DNA from: Thermoanaerobaculia bacterium
Lineage (GTDB): Bacteria > Acidobacteriota > Thermoanaerobaculia > Multivoradales > UBA5704
DNA: 36,671 nt
NCBI GenBank assembly: GCA_044226625.1
Contig: JBGAGQ010000062.1
Span: 1 to 36,671 of the forward strand
Reading direction: 5' to 3'
The number at the start of each line of letters is the position of its first letter. The stretch's first letter is position 1. Below the pieces are notes generated by a model. That model worked only from the letters and a program-made list of their open reading frames with translations. It was not told the origin of the DNA and made no database searches. The translations under genes were made by a program, and so were the position numbers. Below, piece by piece: positions 29,600 through 36,671 of this stretch.

Positions 29600-32500
29600 A
29601 TGAAACGTCATCTCCGCGGCGTCCGCGCGTTGGTTTCCACGTTGCTTTTTTCGGCGCTCGCAGCGCCCACGTTCGCGACGATCGAGGGGACCACCTGGTT
29701 TCCGCTCGGTCCCGCGCCGATCGACGGATTCTTCGCCGGCGGCACCACCGGCCGCGCGACGGCCATCGCCGTCAACCCGGCCAATCCCGACGAGATCTGG
29801 CTGGGCACCGCGACGGGCGGAGTCTGGCATTCGCTCGACTCGGGGGCGAACTGGGAACCGGAATCGGATCGCGAGGACGCGCTCGCGATCGGCGCGATCA
29901 CGCTCGACGGATGCAACGCCGCGGGCTGCGCCGTCATCTATGCCGGCACGGGGGAGAACGCGATCCGGCGCGACACCTACTACGGCGCCGGCCTGCTGAT
30001 CGGCGCCAGCACCGGCGGCGAGATCCCGATCTTCGTCTGGACCCAGCGGACCGGCGCGCCGTTCGATTTTCGCCAGGGATCGATCCAGGACGTGGTGCTC
30101 GATCCGACCACCTCGGGTGCCTCGAAACGAATCTTCGTCACGCTGTCGAGCGGGGTCACGCTCGGCGCGCCCGAATCGACGGTGACCGCCCCCGCACCGA
30201 CCGGCGGCTACGGCATCTACCGCTCCGACGACAACGGCGCGAGCTGGTCGCAGGTGACGGTCGCAGGCACGAGCGGCGCGAAACCCACCGATCTCAAGAT
30301 TCACCCGACCGATCCCCTTACGATGTTCGCCGGTTTTCTCGGCCGCGGGGTCTTTCGCTCGACCGACGGCGGAGCGAGCTGGTGCCCCTTGAACGCCGGC
30401 ATCGCGCTGCCGGCCGGCTGCCCGGCGCAGCAGCTGCCCAACGTCGGCTCGACGACGTTCGACCACGTCGAGGTCGCGATCGCCCCGAGCGACCCGCAGG
30501 TCGTCTACGCCTCGTTCGGCATGTGCGCGGACCGGCTGCTCCAAAACTGCCGTCCGGCGATCTTCCGCTCCGCCGACGGCGGAGCCACCTGGACGGCGAA
30601 GCTCACCGGCAACCCGAACGACGGCGGCGCTCAGGCGGGATACAGCCGCTACACCCACGCGCTCGCCGTCGATCCGACGAACCCGAACGTCCTGTTCCTG
30701 GGCGGCGTCTCCCTATGGCGTTCGACCGACGGAGGCGGCTCGTTCTCCGTCTCCGACGCGAATCTCGCGCCCGGCCCCGGATCGTCGGTGATCCACTCCG
30801 ACCATCGCGAGGTGGTGTTCCATCTCTCCTCGACGAGCCGCGCCTACACGACCGGCGACGGCGGCTTCGCCGTCTCCACCGACGGGGGGCTGCACTGGAC
30901 CCCGAGAAACGACGACCTACAGATCACCGGTTTCCAGAGCATCGCCTCGTCTCCCCTGGTCACCGCGGTGATCGGTGCGAGCCAGGACAACGCGGCGCAG
31001 CTGTTTTCCGGCAGCCGGCGCTGGAAGCACCTTCCCTGCTGCGGCGACGGAGGGTTTTCGTTTCTCGACTTCGACGACCCGCTCAAGATGTACGCCGGCA
31101 CCAACTTCGGCGCGCTCGAGCGGTCAGACGACGGCGGGACGTTCTGGAGCGGCATCAACTCCGGCATCCCCTCGACCGATCCGCGCCTGTTCTACGCACC
31201 GTTCGTCCAAGCCCCCTCGGGAGCCCATCCCCTCTTCTTCGGCACCAACCGCCTGTGGAAGAGCATCAACGACGGCGGCGCGTGGAGCGACGTGAGCCCC
31301 GTGCTCGCGACCGGCACCTCGGCGGAGATCGTCACCGCGAATTCGACCTCGGCCCACATTGCGGCGGGCACGGGCCAGAACGTGATCACCGCGATCGGCG
31401 TGGCGCCGAGCGACGTCGACCGGATCTACGTCGGCTACTACCTGGGTCAACTGTTCCGCTCGAACGGCGCACCCTGCAACACCGCCGCCTGCTGGATTTC
31501 GATCTCGGCCGGCCTGCCCGCGGCGCCGATCTCGCGCATCGCCGTCCATCCGACCCAGCCGGGCACGGCGTACGTCACGTTTTCGGGTTTCGGCAGCTTT
31601 CCCCGAGTCTGGAAGACCACCAACTCCGGAGCCTCGTGGAACGCGGTCTCGACCGGCCTGCCGGCGGGCGTTCCGGCGACGACCGTGAGCCTCGAGCCGA
31701 GCGCGCCGGAGCGCGTCTACGTGGGCCTCGACAGCGGTCCGGATGGCGCGAGCCTGTTCCGGAGCACGAACGGCGGCGGCTCGTTCTCGGCGTTCTCGTC
31801 CGGCCTTCCGAACGTACCGATCGAAGAGATCTCGATCGACGAGACCCACGGCCGAATGTACGTAGGAACGCACGGCCGCGGCGCCTTCGCGCTCGGCAAG
31901 CCCTTCATCAGCAATTTCGAGGGGTGCATCGGCGGGAGCGTCTGGGACATCCCCATCTTCGGGCACAACTTCCTGCCCAACCAGCCGAGTTGCACGATCT
32001 CGGTGCTGCAATCGAACGGCTCGATCTGCGCCTCCGGCACGGTCGACGCGATGGGAGGGACCGTCCGCACGAGCGCGAACGGCGAGCTCGAAACCAGCCG
32101 GCTCAACCTGTGGAACGGCAAGCAGGTCGCCTGGGCCTGCTTCAACGGCGACTGCGTCGGCGACACGCCGATCGAGCAGTGCCAAGACGACGCGGACGGC
32201 GACGGCGACCGCGATCCCCTCTCGACCATCGCGGTGGCTTGCGGACCGGAGATCGCGATTGCGACGGTCACCGGTTGTCCGCCGCTCGACAACCCGCCGA
32301 GCAGCTTCGTCGAGCTCGGCGTCTCGGGCTTCCCGTCGTTGCTCCCGGCCGGCTTCGCGGCCGAGCTGCCCGCCGATCGCGCCGGCCTCGCGCCGACTGG
32401 CGGGGTGCTCCACCTGGTCGCGAGCGTCCAGCGCGCGGTGGGAACCGAATCGCTCTGCGCGATCGCGGTCCCCTACCAGCTCGGCGAGTCGGACGAGACG

Positions 32501-33808
32501 GTCCTCGCCCGCGCCCGCGACGCGATCGCCGCCAGCCCCACCTGCGCCTCCCACGGCGTCGAGGCGCTGCTCGATCCGGGGAACCCGGGATCCTCCGAAG
32601 ACCTCTTCCCGCGACGGCCGCGCCTCCTCTTGCGCGCGCCCAGCCTCGCCGGCAGCCAGCTGATCACCGCTCTCCACGCCGATCCCGGAGGAAGCGCCGG
32701 CTCCTGCGTGCGGATCGACGGCGTCGGGGTGCCCGTCCTCAACCAGATCCAGGTGCTCAAGACGACGTTCACCACGCCGCCGGAAGGCGCCGCGGGCGGC
32801 GGCCTCACGCTCGTCGAGCAAACCCCGCTTGGCGCCTGCTCGCTCGACATCCCGACCGTGGCCGGCGAAACCGGCGCGCAGATCGCCGGAGCGGTCGACG
32901 CCGCGGTCCACGCCGTCGGGATTCCCGGACCCCATCCGGGTTGCCCCGCAGACCGCAACGCGCGCGACATCACGAGCCGGATGGGCTTCCTGCTCGCCGT
33001 CCACGCCTCGTCGCTCGAGCTTTGCATCCGCGACCCGAAGGTCGGCTTCGACATCCGCACCAAAGATCTGATGAACGCCCACCCGATCGCCGATGCCGGA
33101 GGCGACCGCGTGCTCGGAACGGGCACTGTCGCCCTGGACGGCTCGGCGAGCGCCGATTCCGACTCGAGCCCAGGCACGAACGACGACATCTCGAGCTTCG
33201 AATGGTTCGACGTCTCGACCGGCTCGCCCGTCTCGCTCGGCACCGGCGAGACCCTCTCGGTGCCGCTCGGGCTCGGCCTCCATCGCATCCGGTTGCGCGC
33301 GACCGACAAGGGCGGCTTGGCCGACACGGACGAGATCCTGGTCACCGTCGGAGGCGCCGGGACCGGCGGGACGAACAGCCCCTGGTTCGGCAGCTTCCAC
33401 GTCGGCTCCACCCATCCGCTCGGCGACCTCAACCGAATCGCCGATGCCAACGTCCACGTCCGCGCCGATCTCGGATACCGCCTCGCCGACCGCTTCCGCC
33501 TCGATCTCCAAGCGGGCTTCTCGCAGCTCACCGCCGAAGCCGGCGCCGGCATCGATCATCCCCACTTCTTCGCCCTGTCCTTCGACGGTCAGCTGCTCTT
33601 CCCCCAGCCGAGCGGCAACGCCTTCTTCCTCGAAGCCGGACCGGGCCTCTACTGGCGCAACGGCGGCGGCTCCGATCTCGGCTTCAACCTGGGCTTCGGG
33701 TACCAGCTGCCGATTTCTTTCCGTCACACCTTGGAGATCGGCGCGGACTATCACCGGGTGCCGGGGCAGGAGGAGTTCGTGACCTTGGCGTTGGGTGTGC
33801 TGTTCTGA
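29600..33808 (+). CDS. 1402-aa exported protein: Asp-box (BNR/VPS10/GH74-like) propellers + Cys-rich region + PKD domain + C-terminal OM beta-barrel
   Basis: AAGGAGG RBS and signal peptide; many SxDxGxxW repeats; GTGE and THGRG motifs; NAHPIADAGGD...LDGSASADSD...LRATDKGG PKD pattern; about 143-aa amphipathic C-terminus ending ALGVLF. Confidence 0.85.
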   Translation: MKRHLRGVRALVSTLLFSALAAPTFATIEGTTWFPLGPAPIDGFFAGGTTGRATAIAVNPANPDEIWLGTATGGVWHSLDSGANWEPESDREDALAIGAITLDGCNAAGCAVIYAGTGENAIRRDTYYGAGLLIGASTGGEIPIFVWTQRTGAPFDFRQGSIQDVVLDPTTSGASKRIFVTLSSGVTLGAPESTVTAPAPTGGYGIYRSDDNGASWSQVTVAGTSGAKPTDLKIHPTDPLTMFAGFLGRGVFRSTDGGASWCPLNAGIALPAGCPAQQLPNVGSTTFDHVEVAIAPSDPQVVYASFGMCADRLLQNCRPAIFRSADGGATWTAKLTGNPNDGGAQAGYSRYTHALAVDPTNPNVLFLGGVSLWRSTDGGGSFSVSDANLAPGPGSSVIHSDHREVVFHLSSTSRAYTTGDGGFAVSTDGGLHWTPRNDDLQITGFQSIASSPLVTAVIGASQDNAAQLFSGSRRWKHLPCCGDGGFSFLDFDDPLKMYAGTNFGALERSDDGGTFWSGINSGIPSTDPRLFYAPFVQAPSGAHPLFFGTNRLWKSINDGGAWSDVSPVLATGTSAEIVTANSTSAHIAAGTGQNVITAIGVAPSDVDRIYVGYYLGQLFRSNGAPCNTAACWISISAGLPAAPISRIAVHPTQPGTAYVTFSGFGSFPRVWKTTNSGASWNAVSTGLPAGVPATTVSLEPSAPERVYVGLDSGPDGASLFRSTNGGGSFSAFSSGLPNVPIEEISIDETHGRMYVGTHGRGAFALGKPFISNFEGCIGGSVWDIPIFGHNFLPNQPSCTISVLQSNGSICASGTVDAMGGTVRTSANGELETSRLNLWNGKQVAWACFNGDCVGDTPIEQCQDDADGDGDRDPLSTIAVACGPEIAIATVTGCPPLDNPPSSFVELGVSGFPSLLPAGFAAELPADRAGLAPTGGVLHLVASVQRAVGTESLCAIAVPYQLGESDETVLARARDAIAASPTCASHGVEALLDPGNPGSSEDLFPRRPRLLLRAPSLAGSQLITALHADPGGSAGSCVRIDGVGVPVLNQIQVLKTTFTTPPEGAAGGGLTLVEQTPLGACSLDIPTVAGETGAQIAGAVDAAVHAVGIPGPHPGCPADRNARDITSRMGFLLAVHASSLELCIRDPKVGFDIRTKDLMNAHPIADAGGDRVLGTGTVALDGSASADSDSSPGTNDDISSFEWFDVSTGSPVSLGTGETLSVPLGLGLHRIRLRATDKGGLADTDEILVTVGGAGTGGTNSPWFGSFHVGSTHPLGDLNRIADANVHVRADLGYRLADRFRLDLQAGFSQLTAEAGAGIDHPHFFALSFDGQLLFPQPSGNAFFLEAGPGLYWRNGGGSDLGFNLGFGYQLPISFRHTLEIGADYHRVPGQEEFVTLALGVLF

Positions 33809-33856
33809 TCGACGGCGCCTTCTCCCGGAACGTTGACGCGGTTACAGTTCCTCGCC

Positions 33857-34669
33857 ATGGACAAAGACATGAAGCGGCTCCTGGCCCTGGTTCGCGCCGG
33901 GTGCTATGCCTGGTCGGGCACCAAGCGCGATCTGGAGAGGGCGTTAGAGATCGGGCACGGCCGGCTCGAAGAGTGCCTCAACGGAACGCGCGAGCTGCGG
34001 GTCTGCCACCTCGTCAACCTGGCTCGGCTGCTCAAGGTCAAACCCTCCGACTTTCTACGCCTGGCCTATCCGGAGGACGAGGCTGCGGCGCCCAATCAGC
34101 TGGAAGAATGGATCGGCGAACCCAAACCGCCGTTCGCTCGCAAGAACCTCCCGCCGGTGGCTCCGGAAATGGCGGAGGAGATTCGGAATCTGATTCGCGA
34201 AGAGCTGGCGAAGGCGAAGCCGAAAGCCGCTTTGGTCTCTGAACGGCGGCTCTCCGCCTCGAACAACGGGTACCGGAGCCAGGAAGCGGTCATCCGTTTC
34301 AGAAAGCGCGCTGCCGTCCCGAAACGGGAACTTCCGTCCCAGCACGGGAGCATTCGTCCCAGAATGGGAACTTCCGTCCCAGAATGGGAACATTCGTCCC
34401 AGGACGGGAATTTCTGTCCCAGGACGGGAACTTCTGTCCCAGGACGGGAACTGCCGTCCCAGGACGGGAACTGCCGTCCCGGGACGGGAACTTCTGTCCC
34501 GGGAAGGGAACTTCTGTCCCAGAACGGGAACTTATGCCGCAGCCAGCGGCTCTACGCAGCCGCATCGAGCTTCACTCCGAGGAAACCGGCCATCGGTCAC
34601 CGCTCGGGATCGTCAGCGTCGAGAGAAGCCGGGCGCCCGCCGAAAGAGACGTCCTTTCTCAGAAAGTAG
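33857..34669 (+). CDS. XRE/Cro-like HTH protein; reading frame continues through a tandem repeat
   Basis: KRDLERALEIGHGRLEECLNGTRELRVCHLVNLARLLKVKPSDF is HTH-like. Only the first ~125 aa look protein-like; the 3' end is uncertain. Confidence 0.6.
   Translation: MDKDMKRLLALVRAGCYAWSGTKRDLERALEIGHGRLEECLNGTRELRVCHLVNLARLLKVKPSDFLRLAYPEDEAAAPNQLEEWIGEPKPPFARKNLPPVAPEMAEEIRNLIREELAKAKPKAALVSERRLSASNNGYRSQEAVIRFRKRAAVPKRELPSQHGSIRPRMGTSVPEWEHSSQDGNFCPRTGTSVPGRELPSQDGNCRPGTGTSVPGRELLSQNGNLCRSQRLYAAASSFTPRKPAIGHRSGSSASREAGRPPKETSFLRK
34311..34533. repeat. Tandem array of 11 x 20-bp units, consensus CTTCYGTCCCAGGACGGGAA
   Basis: Exact 20-bp period from 34311 to 34530 with no indels or spacers; GTCCC and GGGA invariant in all 11 units. 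Confidence 0.97.
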
Positions 34670-34784
34670 ATCTCCCTGCCGTAGTGAGTCCAGCTTCGGG
34701 GAGAACGCTCCAACGAAAGCCACTTCTCTCGGGCTTCCGAAGGGATTGCTGGACAGGCTCCGCCGCGCGTGGAACACTGCGGGC

Positions 34785-35186
34785 GTGGCGCGCAATTCTC
34801 GGTTCTCCAGGATTCTCTTGGTGCTCGCCTTCCTCGGCTCGATCGGCTCGCTCTCCGCAGGCTGCCTTTGCGCGGAGATGCGTTCGACGCCCAGCGGCGT
34901 GAGCGGCGCGGCGGCGCGACCGGCGATGTCTTGCCATGTTCCGGAGAGACAAGACGGGGGCGGCCGGCTCCTTGCGCGCTGCTGCTGCGAGATGTCGCCC
35001 GGGGCTCCTTCGGCGGTCGATCCCCATCGCGCGTCGACGCTGCCCGAGCGTTGGAACGCCGCCGTCGCCGAGTCCGCCATGGTTCCAACGGCCCGTCTGC
35101 CGCGCTTCGAGGGCCATGGCGACCTCGGCGGCCATCGAATCGATCGGGCGCCCCCACCGAGCTTCAAGAACCCGCTGCGCATTTGA
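34785..35186 (+). CDS. Cys-rich exported leader protein with C-terminal RAPP motif (DUF2946/CruR/CutF-like)
   Basis: Signal-like N-terminus; CLC, SCH and CCC clusters; RAPPP encoded at 35145-35159, then SFKNPLRI*; directly upstream of TolC. GTG 34785 chosen as start. Confidence 0.65.
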   Translation: MARNSRFSRILLVLAFLGSIGSLSAGCLCAEMRSTPSGVSGAAARPAMSCHVPERQDGGGRLLARCCCEMSPGAPSAVDPHRASTLPERWNAAVAESAMVPTARLPRFEGHGDLGGHRIDRAPPPSFKNPLRI

Positions 35187-35250
35187 TCTCCGCCGGAAGC
35201 CCCGAAGGTCGCCTGTCGTTCAGGCCCTTGACGGGATGCGTGTCGATTCC

Positions 35251-35285
35251 GGGCGCCTTCGCGCTCGGGAGCCGCGCCCCTTTTT
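35251..35285 (+). terminator. Terminator/attenuator-like hairpin just before the TolC RBS
   Basis: GGGCGC...GCGCCC stem with inner CTTC/GGAG pairing, then C-TTTTT, then ACGGAGAG RBS. Confidence 0.45.
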
Positions 35286-35301
35286 CACGGAGAGATCGCC
35301 G

Positions 35302-36671
35302 ATGGTACGTCGTACCCTCTTTTTCTACATCCCGCTGCTGTTCCTCGCGGCGGGCTGCACCACCACGAACCCGACCCGATCGTTTGCCGATGCCGCGCGA
35401 CCGGTGGCCGAGCGCACCGCGCTCGAACCCTTGTGGCCGCGCGACGCGGCCGCCCAGTCGGAGCTCTCGACCCGGGTCGACGCGCTCCTTTCCCAGCCGC
35501 TCGATCCTGACCGCGCCGCGCAGATCGCGCTCTGGCGCAATCCCGAGCTGCTCGCCGAGCTGGAAGAGCTGGGGATCTCGCAAGCCGACTACGCACAGGC
35601 GACGCGGCTCGCGAACCCGTCGCTCGATTTCTTCTACCGGCGGCCCGACCGCTCCGGGCTGGTGCCGAACGTCGAGATCGGCTTGATCGAAAACCTGCTC
35701 GATCCGCTCCTCCTGCCGCTACGGAAACGGATGGCCGCCGCCGAGCTCGAAGCGGCGAAGCTCCGCGTGGGGCAGCGAATGCTCGACCAGATCGCGGAGA
35801 CGAAGCAGGCGGTGGTCTCCCTTCAGGCCGCGAACCGGCTGGTCGAGCGGCTCGCTTCGATCGTCGAGGTCGAAGGGACGGCGGCCGAGTTCGCCGAGCG
35901 CCAGCGCGCGGCGGGAAGTCTCTCCGAGCTCGCGCTCGAAGAGCAGAGCGCGCTGCTCGACGAGACGAAGGTCGAGCTTGCGCACGCCGAGATGTCCGCC
36001 CGCGCCGCCCGCGAAACGCTCCAACGGGCGATGGGGCTCACCGGGAAAGAGACGGCGTGGACGGTGGCCGCCCCGAATCCCGATCCGCCGGACGATCCGC
36101 CGGCAGGAGGCGGAAGTGCCATGGATCCCTCGGCGCTCCAGACCGCGGCCCTCGCCGACCGCCTCGACGTCGCCGCCGCGCGCGCCGGGGTCGGCATCGT
36201 CGACCGCGCTCTCGCGCTCCGGCGCGGCGGGCGATTCCTCCCTGGCGGGATCAAGGTCGGCGTCTCGCGCGAGCGCGATCCGGACCGCGTACGGGTGACC
36301 GGCCCGGTGCTCGGCATCGAGCTGCCGATCTTCGACACCGGCGCCGCCTCGATCGCGAAGCTCCAGAGTGAAAGGCGCCGCGCGGAGCGGCAAGTGGAAG
36401 CGCTGGCGGTTCGGGTCGCCTCCGAGGTGCGCGAATCGGCGTTCCGCTTCGCCGCCGCCCGCGACCTCGCCCGGAGCTATCGCGACACCGTCCTGCCACG
36501 CCGGGCGCGCATCCTCGACCAGACCCTTCGGCATTTCAACGCGATGCTGGTCGGGGTTTATGACGTCCTGCTCGCCAAACGGATGGAGATCGAGAGCGAG
36601 AAGGCGGCGATCGAAGCCTGGCGCGACGCCTGGATCGCCCGCTTCGCGCTCGAGCACGCGGTCGGCGGCAA
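35302..36671 (+). CDS. TolC-family outer-membrane lipoprotein, heavy-metal/copper-associated type (3' end beyond window)
   Basis: Not in ORF track. Manual translation: MVRRTLFFYIPLLFLAAGC (lipobox)...AAQIALWRNPELLAELEELGISQADYAQATRLANP...IELPIFDTG...YRDTVLP...FNAMLVGVYDVLLAK...LEHAVGG. Confidence 0.88.
   Translation, partial: MVRRTLFFYIPLLFLAAGCTTTNPTRSFADAARPVAERTALEPLWPRDAAAQSELSTRVDALLSQPLDPDRAAQIALWRNPELLAELEELGISQADYAQATRLANPSLDFFYRRPDRSGLVPNVEIGLIENLLDPLLLPLRKRMAAAELEAAKLRVGQRMLDQIAETKQAVVSLQAANRLVERLASIVEVEGTAAEFAERQRAAGSLSELALEEQSALLDETKVELAHAEMSARAARETLQRAMGLTGKETAWTVAAPNPDPPDDPPAGGGSAMDPSALQTAALADRLDVAAARAGVGIVDRALALRRGGRFLPGGIKVGVSRERDPDRVRVTGPVLGIELPIFDTGAASIAKLQSERRRAERQVEALAVRVASEVRESAFRFAAARDLARSYRDTVLPRRARILDQTLRHFNAMLVGVYDVLLAKRMEIESEKAAIEAWRDAWIARFALEHAVGG

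Noticed and set aside
29911-34242. 1443-aa overlapping + strand ORF (and 31124-33754 on the minus strand)
   Set aside because: Arg/Pro/Ala-rich off-frame shadows of the real 29600-33808 gene, expected at high GC.
34311-34533. CRISPR array
   Set aside because: Units are contiguous with no unique spacers, only 20 bp long, and no cas genes are present.

Overview
GC-rich bacterial chromosomal window with no rRNA, tRNA, CRISPR, integrase or transposase. Gene content and peptide style suggest Acidobacteriota, possibly Thermoanaerobaculia (inference). The housekeeping backbone is hemB-hemL-ferredoxin, a DnaJ/CbpA-clpB heat-shock pair with a HAIR-like operator, a DEAD-box helicase, an aldehyde dehydrogenase, the cinA-thpR-plsY-gpsA-guaA operon, tsaA and a CDF zinc exporter. 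Accessory genes are interspersed: a 7-heme cytochrome c/TPR protein, a TMEM175 channel, a pair of paralogous membrane proteins and several small Cys-rich peptides. These peptides are an orphan lanthipeptide-type precursor (3306-3461), an unlisted 53-aa Cys/His microprotein (19895-20056), an 8-Cys secreted protein and a defensin-like prepropeptide with 10 Cys in 31 aa (27013-27333). The right end holds a 130-bp MITE-like element, a 1402-aa Asp-box propeller/PKD protein ending in a small outer-membrane barrel, an HTH gene running into an 11 x 20-bp palindromic tandem array, and a RAPP-motif Cys-rich leader ORF with a terminator-like hairpin ahead of a metal-type TolC gene. Product calls come from motif recognition only; no searches were run.
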